DNA of 64,000 bases from Camelus ferus (lineage: Eukaryota), in the NCBI RefSeq assembly GCF_009834535.1, contig NC_045697.1, positions 38,876,001 through 38,940,000 of the forward strand, written 5' to 3'. The number at the start of each line of letters is the position of its first letter. Positions within the stretch are counted from its first letter, which is position 1. The notes beneath the pieces were generated by a model. It ran no database searches. It saw only the letters and a program-made list of their open reading frames with translations, and was not told the DNA's origin. Shown piece after piece: positions 36,701-48,734 of the stretch. A program made the translations under genes and the position numbers.

Positions 36701-39700
36701 ATAGAAACAGTTCATTCGGGAAAGATCTGGTCACATTTTATCAAAACCATTGAAAGTAAGTTACAAGAAATTACATGAGGATGGGTAAAAATTAACTTCT
36801 CTCCTTTCAAAAGAGCTTCCATCACTACTCAAACAGGGCCGTAAGCTAACAAGAGCCTGAAGCAATGCCAGAGTAACCTGACCTTGTGATGAACAATTCC
36901 TTGAACCCTCAGCATTCACATCAAACTTCTTTTTGGTGAGCCAATATAAACATACCAGCTCTCCGTCTGGGCAGGATGGATACAATGCTTCCCACAGGGA
37001 ACCTGAGTCACAGGGGGAGTGAGTGACTTGGCAGAGAGGCCAGAGGGAAGGCGTGGGGAGGCCTGGGTTCCAGAATCAGCTCAGCACCAACTAATTTTAA
37101 GACACAGAGCAGCTCACTTTATTCTCTTGTACCTTCATATACTGTGTTCATAGGTGACTATATAGTTTATTGCTCAAGGCCAGGTATGTTTGAGAATGAA
37201 AGGGGACACTATTAATAATCCACTGGGACACTTGACATTCAGGCTTTTCCCTCTTGCTTTAGAATTCCATTACAGCTGAATTAGAGCTGAAAATAACCAG
37301 GGTTCCTGACCACCAAAACTTGTACTCTGCTCCCTGGGCTAGGCTGTCTTCTGTCAGGACCAGTCTACACTGGAGTTCTGTGGAAGAGTGTTCACCATAT
37401 CACCCAAAGATCAATGAAGGCACTTTCCCAGCCAAAGAAAAAAGGACAGCCTGACCTGCATCTGCTTGGTCAGGCACTCACACACCCCAAACCCTACCTG
37501 TGTTCAGAATTAACAACACTGGAACTCCAAATCCACATCAAGGTCATTGAAGGGCAGGGGCCAGCAAGAGAGCAGATGCATGCACCCCCTGTGTCAGGAC
37601 AGTGTCTTTTATTTGCAGCCTCAGACGTGTTCTCCACTGGCCCAAGGCCTGTGGACAGGCTGGGTGTGGTCCAAGGGCTGTCTTGGGATCCTCAGGTGTT
37701 GGTTTTTAATGGGCAGGCTGGTACTTCATAAATCACTCCAGGCCACAGGCCACCCTTCTGCCAATAATTTCATCATTGCATAGCCCTGTTCACCATCCCC
37801 ATTCACCTGGCTTTTTTAAAGTGGGAGGAAGCCATCAACTTCTAAAAATTAATCTGGGTTAGGTCATGACATAGCCTTAAAAATGTCCAAGTGAACTAAG
37901 CCATTCCACATTGAGAGAATTTGGAAGCAAAGATGGGGGGAAATGTTCAAAGAAAAGTCATCCAGAGAAGGCAGAAACTCTGTCACTATAAAACAAACCT
38001 ATTTCATCAGCTGTGTGAACCTATCACTTATGAAAAATTTTTTTTTCTTTTTTGTGGAACTCTCAATGTCCAGAAGAAGAAACATTCAGCCTCCAAACAG
38101 CAGCATTTTCAGTGTTGGGTACTGCCCTGATGCCAGCAGCCTAATCCTTCCCCCCAGATCTTGGGATCTTGGGTCCCCTGTCTCCTGGTCCCTTGGGGCT
38201 CAGGACAGCACTCACCCTCCCCTCCTGTCCTCGCTGCTGTTCTCACCAGTGAAGATTCTGTGCTGTTGGCTCCCTGCAGCCTGCAGACTCCGCATCCCCA
38301 GAGGGAGGCTGAGTTCACCCTGACCACACCCCTATGCAGAGGCTGGACCAACCAAGTGCAGCTGCCACTTGCCAGCATGAGCTGCAGTGATCTCAGCTTT
38401 CCAAATGGAAGAAGGGGCTGTGAGGGTCACGGGAACTTAGGGGCCTCTTGCTCCGGGCTGCAGGACTAGGTCCCCAGGAAGGAGACCCTTTGTCACTAAG
38501 GCTGGGACAGTGCCAGCCTTCTGCTCTGGTGAAGGAAGCAGGTAATATTTATAAGGCCCTGTGAACAGAATGTATTGACTTTCTATCTCTACTGTAATGA
38601 CCTTAAGGTGACTCTCCATTTTTCAGAAAGATAAATGAAATGCAGCCATCTCCAATGAAGACAAATACATTTAACAAATAGTAGACTGATTCAATAAAAG
38701 ACATCTCTCAGGGCCCACAGTCTGTGGGGAGCTTCCTATGGGATGTGACTTGGAGACTTCTACTGAAAACTCCCAATCTTGGTATATTTTCCCCCAGCAA
38801 GTTGCTTGAAATTCTGACTAATAGGGAATATACATTTTGCTAAAAGCTTTGATTCCCCTGATTACCTCAAGTGGTAATTACATTTATATAACATTTTAAA
38901 GAATTCCCAGATATGTGATCTTGTTGGATCCTATTTAATATACCAGGGAGGGACATAACTCATTAAACAATTATTGTCTATTAACATGATAACTTTAATT
39001 AGTGTTCCAGAGCTGGGTAAGCAAAGCCCTAAGGGGATGGGACCCTGAAATTTTTGGGCTTGGACGAGAGATGGGAAACCACCTGAAACGTGGCCCACTG
39101 GCCCAGGCAGCACAGGTGAGGTGTGGCGGCCCCGTGGACAGCCCTACGCCCACCCCTGCACGGGCACAGGTGCCACGGTGAGGGACAGACAGGAGGAGCA
39201 GAAGCCGCAAAGACAAACTTCACTCCACTCACACTGCTGCCCGGGCCTGAGCTGGAAATCACAACGAAAAGACCTTGTGGTGCCAAGCAGACTCATCCCA
39301 ATGCAGAGAACTCGGGCTAGCGCCTGAAAGCACGACTTGGCTGTCCCCCAAGAGCAGAGTGCCTGGTGCGTCGGCCGCGACTCTTTTCAATAATTATAAT
39401 CCTCTGGCTTAGGCCAGATATTATGTGGGGAACAAAAGGAAGCTTTAGTTTTGAAACATCCCTTCTCACACGTTAGCACAATCCTTAAATAATGCACCTT
39501 TGAGGCTCTGACTAATTCCTCCTGCTAGCTGCCCGGGGCATGTCTGGGTTCCAAGAATTTGCTTGAAATGCGCCAGATACCCTATCCCAGCTAGAGTTGG
39601 AAGTGTGGTGTTGAGGACCCAGAAGCAACGGTCTTGGAGGTCCCTTGTCCCCTGAGGTCCTGTTGCTGTCCTCCCTGGGCCCGTGAACACGGTGCTCGGG

Positions 39701-41548
39701 GGTCATGTGGTCAAGGGCAGACCCTGCCCTCTCTCTGAGCCTCCCCATCCTCAGGTGTCAAGTGAGGGCTTTGGGTTTCACTGGTTCTCATCCCTGGCTG
39801 CAGCACCTTAGAATCACCTGAGGAGCTTTATACAACAGCACCAGGGCCACCCACCCAGGGATTCTGATTTAATTGGCGGAGGTGAGGCTCAGCCCAGGGT
39901 ATTTTCAAGAACAGTTCTCCAGGTGTTCAACCACTGACTTTGATGATCTCTGGGACCCTCCCAATTCTATGAAAGTCCACAGTCCTGAGGGGCTGGTCTT
40001 CCACTTTATTTATTGAATTTTTTTTTTCCAAAAGTACTCAATTTTCATCTTCAGTATGTTGCATCCACCCTCTTCTCCTGCCCTCCTTCCCCTGGTAACC
40101 AGTGACTGCTTTCTGTCACTGTAGATTCGTTTGCACGTCCTATCATTTCATACCATATGGTGTGTACTGTTTCTTGCCTGACTTCTCATTACTTACGTCC
40201 TTGTCCTTCAGATTTCAAGCTCTTTAAGAACAGGAGCCACCTTTTACTTCTTTTCTCTTCTTCCCGGCCCTCAACTTATCTTTGCTCAGAGAAACCCCTT
40301 AAACCTGCTCGATGGAAATCAAACCTTCATGACCCTACAACTGAGCTCCAGTTTGGTGGCCAAGAAGTGCCTGCCATATTAATGGTTTCGACCGCCCCCA
40401 ACCCTGCCATTTCTCTGTAGGTTCCTAGTCAGCAGCTTCAGCTCGGTTGAAAAATAATGCATTTGTTTAAACCAGGAGTCTTCATTTAGAGTCATGGATT
40501 TCTAGGGGTCCAGAAAATGACCATCAAGATATGTGTTGGGGGCCAGGGGTGGGGGGACCACCTGGGAAAAGCTCTTGGCTTTCCCCAGATTCTTAATTGC
40601 CAGATTCTTGACCCAAAGGGAGGAACTATGGAATCAATGCCATGCTTTATTCCTTATAATATTCCTACATGCATTTTATAAATATGATATCTAATTATAA
40701 TCCTCTACTATCTGCTTCCCCAGCTCCTTCCTTCCCCAGTCCCAGGTCCCTTTGTTTGGGCTCGGGTTATATTTAACCCTATTTACCCAAACCCACTCCA
40801 GGGCCCTGTCTGTGACCGTGTTCCCTCATGGGGACTTTCTGCATTCCTCTTCTCTTTAAGACCTTCTCACCTAAGTTATGCGGTATGTTGTGCCTTTTAA
40901 TTTAACGATTCTGATTCCACTTTACTTAACAGTTTACCTGGATACCTGGTGTTCACATATCACAAACTTACATTTTCTCAAAACCCCAGAGCGCGAGATT
41001 CCTTTTCATCTTAAACGAGATCAATGTTTTCATTGTTCTAACTGATAAGCATTATGAAATAACAGTGAATAGCACTGCAAAGTCAGCATGGAAACACCAC
41101 TACTCAATCCACAGACACCCCCCCTTTTGGGAGGTTTGACTCCCGTTGGGTCAAAAAATATTTTAGAGTGATATTATGTCTGACTTTCAAGTAAGATGTA
41201 GACTAACAATATCACCTTCTAAGTGACAGAATTCACATGCATCTGGCACAGTCATACAAACTCTGATTTCACTGTGTCTTTCCGAGATAGAAGTGAGCAA
41301 GAAAAACATCTCATCTGCCCACCAAAAGACCAACCCGACTGCCCCCTGCTCCAAATCCACATTGACCGCACACACATTTGCAAGCATTCTCAGGCTCCCT
41401 GCTTGGCGCCAGCTCTTAACTTTCATTCTCCTGTTCACGTCTCCCTCCTCCCATCAGGCTAGCAAACGTGGTAACTAGAGCATTTCAGTCCAGTTTCCAC
41501 ACAAGTTCATTCCTCTGCATGAAAAGCAAACCTCTGAAAGTTACTTAC

Positions 41549-41720
41549 GTGAAAGTGGCAAAGGCAAGCCCTGGATTTGGAAGCTGAGTCGGGTGATGCC
41601 AGCCTGCTTAAATAGCTGGGTTGGCTGACGCAGGCGGTGGAGAGCACGTTTATTTACGCCTGTGAGTGCACACTCAAGCAGGGACCTGAAAAACCTGCAG
41701 CGTGGGCATAACACCTAAGA
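41549..41720 (-). promoter_or_regulatory. HOPX: Candidate distal HOPX promoter and short non-coding first exon
   Basis: On the minus strand, TATTTAA (41614-41608) lies about 60 nt before a strong donor AC|GTAAGT (GT at 41548-41547). FOX-, NKX- and CRE-like motifs are adjacent and the sequence is non-repetitive. Confidence 0.5.
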
Positions 41721-43200
41721 GTTCCATCTCTCCCGGTTATTCAGGTTTGGTGTTCAGGCGGTGACTTCTGAGAGTCTCGTGGAACTTTCTTGGCACTACT
41801 TTCTTGTCCCTGACCTCTTTTTGAGCCAAGGAAGACTCTTCACCAAGATCAGATAAGAGGGGTGCGGCTGAGAGAAGAAGGAAGAAGCACAGGACCCTGG
41901 ACCCCTGCGCTGAGCTCCTTATTTTGCCTAAGCTTCCAGTTAGATGCCACTGTGTTTCAAAGCAGAGACTTGCTGAGGTTGATCTTGCAGCTCTGTGGGC
42001 TGGACGCCAAACTAAGAGCCTGGACAACCGCCCAATCAATGAAAACTTGTGGGATTTTTTTTTTTTCCCCCAGGCACGGAATGTACAAATACAGTTATAA
42101 GGGAGGATGAGGCTAGGATGATACAATTTTAGGTCCCCTTGAAAAGCTATTTTAATTTCTTTCCCTCTGCATCTGGACTTTCCTCTTGATGGCCCCTCCC
42201 CTTCCTTTGTTAATGAAATTCCTATCTGAGGGTTACAGGCTTCCCCATGGGAGAGCTCAAATAAAAAGCTAGTGTGTGAGCAAGGCTGTGGGAAGATGCA
42301 CCCGAGTGCGAGTTTGTGTGATCATCAGAGGAAATGTTCTTAAGGGTGAGGGTATGTGTGTGGGTGTGGGGACCCGGCTAATTGATGTTTATCTGGATTT
42401 CACAGCTAGATACAGCCGTTAATAGTCAATTGCAGAACACTAAACCCATTAAGTGGATACGATTTTGAGAGGATGAAGGAATGGAGATGGGGCTTGGTTC
42501 GATCATTTACCGGAGTATCTGTGCGTGTTTGCTGGTATGTGGCACACACTGGTAAATGCCACCCAGATAGACACGTCCTGTATTTTTCACTCCACTGGAG
42601 AAAGAAAAGGCCCATTTGATTCTCTTGGGAACAGTGGCTGTATGTGAAAGAAGAGCAGCAATCATTCAGAATATCTCTTTCCCTCTTGGAAAAGGGGAGA
42701 GTGGCTATAAAATGTGTGGGAGAAAGGTAGAGACAGGGGGCCTAGCTGTCCCCAACCCTGGTTACCAGAGGAATTCTTTTGTTTCTGCCTAATTCATTGC
42801 CTAACTCTTGACGGTTCTATGGCTGAATCTGGATTCTTGCCTCCCAGATTACCCGAATGCAGGGTGTGTGTCTTGCTCATCTTTTGACACCCACAGTGTC
42901 TGGCACAAATTATTATGACAATGACAGTGGGGATGACGATGACGATGATGATGTTGATTCATCATCTAGAATCTAGAGAAACTGACTATGTGCCAGGATC
43001 TCTGTAAAATACTTTACAGAGAATTTATTTAATCCTCACAACTCTATGCATTAGTTTTTTATTATCATCATTTTATAGATGGGGAAACGGATAAGTAAGA
43101 AAGACGAAACGACTTCCCCAACGTCACAGCAAGAGATAGAGGTAGACTTTGAGTTCACATCTATCTGGTTCCAGAGTCTGGATTTATACTCAGGACCAAC

Positions 43201-43336
43201 TTTTTTTGGGGGGTGGGTAGGGAGTGGGTAATTGGGTTTATTTATTTACATATTTTAATGGAGGTACTGGGAATTAAACCCAGGACCTCATGCATGCTAA
43301 GTATGACTCTACCACTGAGCTGTACCCTCCCCCCTT
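43201..43336 (-). mobile_element. tRNA-Ala-derived SINE (Vic-1-like)
   Basis: ggaggtactgggaattaaacccaggacctcatgcatgctaagtatgactctaccactgagctgtaccc, flanked by ctcaggac repeats. Confidence 0.85.
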
Positions 43337-43794
43337 CTCAGGACTGATTTGAAACAATATTTTAAAAGTTGCCTAAGAATATTTTCACCTGTTCTTATTT
43401 CTTTGTGCAGTTTTCATCCATCTTCCAGAATGTGATTTCCATGACCCTAATGACCTTGCCTGCTTATCCACTCTTGTAACCCCAGCACCCAGCACAGTGT
43501 AGGGCACATAGTAGGTGCTTGGTCAGTAAATATGTGCTGTTTGCTCAGTTTCTAAATTCCTCTGAAGGCTGTGAGTCTGACATCAGCAGTCTCATCTGGC
43601 CGCAGACACATTTCTTCTGCCCTTGAATAATATATTGACTCCAAGCTATTTCTCTTTATCCATTGTATCATGGAGATGAAATGAAACGTGGCTGAAACCA
43701 TAGAGCAGTTTTACATCAATTAAGAACTCTACAGGTGTGTGGTTTCACATTGTCCAGTGGTGCAACGAGGTCACCAAGAGCCTAGACTTTTTCT

Positions 43795-44334
43795 TTTTCT
43801 TTTCTGTTTCTTTTTCTCCTATTGAAATATAGTTGATTTACAATGTTGTGTCAGTTTCTGGTGTACAGCATAGCAATTCAGTTATACATATATATATTCC
43901 TTTTCATATTCTTTTTCATTATAGGTTATTACAAGATATTGATTATAGTTTCCTGTGCTATACAGTAGGACCTTTATCTATTTCGTATGTAGTAGTTTGT
44001 ATCTACAAATCCTGAACTCCCAGTTTATCCCTCTCCATGCCCTTTCTCCCCTGGTAACCATAAGTTTGTTTTCTATGTCTGTGAATGTTTCTGTTTTGTA
44101 AACAAGTTCATTTGTGTCATTTCTTTAGATTCCATATATAAGTGATGTCATATATTTGTCTTTCTCTGTCTGACTTACTACATTTAGTATGATAATCTCC
44201 AGGTCCATCTCTGTTGTTGCAAATGGCATTATTTTATTCTTTTTTATGGCTGAGTACTATTCCATTGTGTATATATACGGCAACTTCTTTATCTGATGAT
44301 CTATGAGTGGACGTTTAGGTTGTTTCCACATCTT
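43795..44334 (-). mobile_element. 5'-truncated L1 3' end with TSD, inserted into a MaLR-like LTR
   Basis: tagttgatttacaatgttgtgtcagtttctggtgtacagca... TSD gagcctagactttttct (43778-43794) / gagcccaggctttttct (44335-44351). Confidence 0.88.
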
Positions 44335-45554
44335 GAGCCCAGGCTTTTTCTGTCTTTCATTTTGTAGCCCTCAGAGTGATAGTGTTGCTTCCCCTCATGG
44401 TGGCAAGGTTGTTTAGTAGTTTGTTAACTCTGATACTTAAACTAAATACTAAAACATTCAAAGACAGTAGGAAGGACTTGGGCTTTCTTTTTAGTATCTC
44501 TCTTTGTTAGAGAGGAACTTCCATACAGAAGCCATTAGCAGACTTCCAGTTATGTCTCCTTGCTGAGAAGTGGATCAGATGACCACCACATTCCCTTGTC
44601 TGCAAAGAGGAAATGAATCACACTGATCATGGTTCATCTCAAGGGCCCAAGGGAAGGACCTATGTTCCCTAGAAAAATTTCCCTGATATCTAAACAAAAT
44701 CAGAGTTCAGTTACTAGTGAGATAGTAGAAAAGTGCTACCAACAGTTCTGTCAATCCAATAAGTCCTTAGTATGATAATCTAAACTGCTTTAGTGCTTGG
44801 GCACATGTCCAGTCCACGAAAATTGGGTTTTACAATATCAATTCTCAATTTCTGTTTGCTTTTTTTTTTTTAATGAGAAAATCTTGCTTTGGCTCTCAGC
44901 AAAATTAAAACTCTTTCAACAACCCACAAATAAGGGAAGTAGCTGGCCACAGTGATTTTTTTCTATAGGTTTAGATCCTAGGTCTTTATATCACCACTGA
45001 TTTACCACACTTCCAAGGAATAGCACACAATCAATCAGGCTCTCATCTTCTCCTGTGTCACGTGGATTGATGATGCTGTTGATTTCTTAGAAACATTAAG
45101 TCCAATACTGCTACTAATTATAAAAAGGATTGCAGGGCAGGCTGTAGGGATTTAAGGCTCATTTTCCTGCTTCTCTTTCCTGTTATTCAGTGGATTCCGT
45201 AATCTCTCACGTTTGCATCTGTCTCTGCTTGAAATTTCCAGCTACTGCCTGGGATGTGTGACCTAGAACTAATGGTGGATACAGTAATTCTCACACAGTT
45301 CTTTTTCTTCTGGTGGTTAACAGACTTCAAATTAACACCTGCAGGTAGGTAATTATTTCCCTTCTCTTCGCTGTTCTAGACCTTGTGATGGGTTTCAGGA
45401 ATTCTCTTCTCTATTGTCACAGATCAAGAGAAGTAGGATAAAGGATGAGGTGAGCTAGACGTGACACTCCACAAGGAAAGACAAGGTCTGGAGGTTGGTA
45501 ATTGCTCAATAAGTTTTTGCTCGGTGACTGGAAGAATGGTGGAAAGGAAAGAGT

Positions 45555-45775
45555 ATAGACTTATGAATCCCGCAGACTTGGATTGCCACTTACCATCCAT
45601 GTGATCCAGGGAAAGTTATGTAACTTCCCTTGGACTCAGTTTTCTCATCTATAAAATGGGACGAATGATGCTTATCTAAGAGGTTTGCTTTTAAGGACTA
45701 GAGATATTACAGGCAAAGTGCTTAGATAATGCCTAGAACATAGTATATGATCAATAAATAGTTGCTACTGCTAAT
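45555..45775 (+). mobile_element. MIR SINE
   Basis: ctcagttttctcatctataaaatggg core. Confidence 0.7.
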
Positions 45776-47734
45776 ACTTAAAACAGGACACCAGATTTTC
45801 CTCAATCTTCCTTGTGGAGCCCACACATGGTGGGCACAAAGTATTTAAACCTAAGACCCCCAAGTGCTACAGCAAACAGAGGTGTTTAGTAGAGCCACAT
45901 CGAAGGCAGTGATATATTGACAGTGAGGGTAACTGCTCTCTTCCTGCCCAAAGCTAGAGCTCACCAAAGAGCGGAAAGTGGCCTTATGATTGGGGAGCAT
46001 ATGGAAAGGAGCAATAATAGTGCAGAGAGAAAAGCCATGCCTTGGGGACAGAAAACTACCAAAGGCATAGAAGAAAATCCACTGTGAAGGCTATAAACCT
46101 CCCAAGGGCCAAATCTCACTTGTACAGAAGCAAATGGGGAAAAGGGTCACCAGAAGATCGAGGGATACTTCCTGAAAGTGCGGCCCCCAAAGTATGAACT
46201 TGCAGACAGAGAGACCGAGAATTCTCTGCAGACGGTCTGGAAGTTCTGACTCCCAGAGTGCCCTTCCCGGCCCAGCCTGACGGGGCCACGGAACAGTGTG
46301 GGAAGCAGAAGAGGACCAGCAGGCAGCAGAGAACCTGGACACAGAAGAGGATGCCAGCTGGCCTGGGTTGGAGGCGCTTCCCTTGGCTGCTCCTGGCAGA
46401 GAGTTTCACAAGCTCCCTGGTGAAGAGGGACTGGAGGTTATGACACAGTCACACTGTGCTCTTCATAGTTCATTGTATACCTAGTCATGGTTAGGTCATC
46501 CTTTCGGTGAACTGTGTGCATTTCGGTGTAAGTGTGGATTCCATCATCTCACCTGGCCCATCTGTGGTCCTTCTGGAGTCCTGAGTCACTTGATGACTGG
46601 GGGTTAAGATGCTGCAGCCTACAAGCAGTGCCTGTTCACAAGGGGCCTGGGTAAGCCTGTTGCATCCGGCGTGGCCCATGCTGCCTTTTCTTCTCATTCT
46701 GTTTAGTTTCATCCAGAGTCTAATGAAACGGGAGGGCATGAGCATTCCTTCGAAATCCCATTCACGCTAATGGTCCGAGGAGGAGAAGGCCCCTGGTCAA
46801 AGGGACCATCACTCTGGCTGTGGAAGGAAGGTGGAGGGGGGCATCTTTCTTCACCCACAAATGCCTTGCTTCACCTTGACTCCCTCAGCGCTAGGACTTA
46901 CCGCTGCTGGCGGGAGCTGCAAGAGAAGCGGCATGGTGACATTCTCAAGAGGGGTGGGGGTGGAGCCTCACCTGAGAGGCTGCCCCTTCCATGAATAATG
47001 GGAAGATGGTGCAGGTCGGGGCCACCTCTGCTTGGCTATAATCCCCTAACACACTAGGTGAGAAAAGGAGGCCCCACACCCACTGTTGAAATTTCAGGGA
47101 TGGGCCCTGTGCTTTTAGAAAGCAAGGGGTGGGGAGCTGGAGTAAAGAAAAACAAAATCCTTTGGTAAAAACTTGTTGACTGAGCGTCCAACCCAGGCCC
47201 GGTCCCTGCTCCTGACCACTGCGTGTGGCACTCCTGACCTGACGGCCGCCCCTGACCGTGACTCACGGAGCCCCTGGCAGGAGAGGAAGAGCAGGCCCCA
47301 TCTCCTCCTCCCCAGGGTCCCCCCAAGTCTGTGCGCCATCTAGTTAAGGCGTTGTGAATGATTTCACTTGGAAACAGTCAGGGAGCAGAAAGGAGGACTG
47401 AACTGACAAAAATACCAAGTTTGATGACAAAACAAGACAAGTTTGGCATGTTTGACACAGTGGAGAAAGAGTTGAAAATAATTTGGGCTAAAATTCTGGA
47501 TCAGCTGAAGGGAGAGAAAAGTTTTGATTAGAAGCTGCAGACCTTTTTCTTCCTGCCTCCTCGTCTCCACCCTGGAGGCACCCAACGGGACTTTGCAAGC
47601 TCTCATCTCCTCTCCAGCCTCAGCCCCCGTCTGGGTAAGGAGGGAATCAAACGAGATGATCTCTCTGAAGCCCTTTTGTTTTAATCTTCTGTCCTCCAAG
47701 GGGACAGAGTCAGAGGTGGGTGAATGGAGAGGAG

Positions 47735-48236
47735 TGTTGACTGAAATAAATGCACAACCTTAAAGTTAAGAGTTATGTTTTATTCGGTGGACAATTCTGA
47801 GGACTTAAGCCCAGGAAGACAGCCTGTCAGATAGCTCTGAGGAAATGCTTGGAAGAGGTAGGGGAGGAACCAGGATATATAGGAGTTTTTACAGCAAAGA
47901 TCAGGTAGTCAGAACATCAAAAGATTACTGTTAATTAAAGAAAACCAGATATCTCAAGTTAAGGAATTTAGCACTTTTCTATGTATGTGAAGGTGCAAAG
48001 GTCTGGGCTCCTTGAAACCATTCCTCTGATGTGCACCTTAACTACCTGGGGCCAGTCTTCGGTGCTTCCCGTCCTGAGTCCCCTCCAGGTACACTTCTGG
48101 GGGTGGCTGCAGAGGCCAGGTTGCCTGCTCTCTGCATCCTGTGTTTCTTCTGCTCGCTGGCAGGGTAACAGCTGATGACTCGATGGCCACAGCATTCTTT
48201 GTTTACTGATATGGCCGGCAATATGTTTTGTTCACA
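47735..48236 (-). mobile_element. Solo ERV1-class LTR (MER41-like) with 4-bp TSD
   Basis: TG...CA termini flanked by GGAG at 47731-47734 and 48237-48240; minus-strand AATAAA near 47780; length 502 bp. Confidence 0.8.
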
Positions 48237-48443
48237 GGAGCTATAGCGGGAGGATGGTTCCCTCCACTTAGGGCTGAGGGAAAAACCCAATGCCCAGGTA
48301 CAACTTCGCCACCTGTTATGACATTGAAACCCCCACCCCACTCCTTTATCACTGGTAAGTAGCCACCCCCTGAGGCTCTCCCTCAACAACCCAGGCCTCC
48401 CCAGACCTCCTAGGAGCCAACAACTAGAGGGTAACACCCAGCA

Positions 48444-48445
<2 letters not shown>

Positions 48446-48492
<47 letters not shown>
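48446..48492. repeat. (TG)n microsatellite
   Basis: Directly visible, about 23 units. Confidence 0.97.
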
Positions 48493-48493
<1 letters not shown>

Positions 48494-48588
48494 TGGGAGG
48501 ACCAACCAGGACTCTGCTCCAGTGACAACACTTCCACTACAAGTGTAGTCCATGCCTGGCTTCCCCCTGCAGTCCAGGGAGACATCTT

Positions 48589-48734
48589 TTAACAAATTTT
48601 AAAAATATCTTTTATTGAGTGGGGAGGTAATCAGGTTTATCTGTTTATTTTAGAGGAGGTGCTGGGGACTGAACCCAGGACCTTGTGCATGCTGAGCACG
48701 TGCTCTAGCACTTGAGCTACACCCTCCCTCAGCT
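48589..48734 (-). mobile_element. tRNA-Ala-derived SINE (Vic-1-like) with 13-bp TSD
   Basis: ggaggtgctggggactgaacccaggaccttgtgcatgctgagcacgtgctctagcacttgagctacaccc. TSD agggagacatctt at 48576-48588 and 48735-48747. Confidence 0.87.

Noticed and set aside
46296..46484. Acidic 62-aa ORF
   Set aside because: GTG start, no convincing splice context or homology; may lie in a decayed LTR.
47436..47454. p53/p63-like site AGACAAGTTTGGCATGTTT
   Set aside because: The CWWG cores are 9 bp apart rather than the canonical 10.
7105..48734. All four SINEs share one orientation
   Set aside because: The chance probability is 1 in 8, which is not meaningful.
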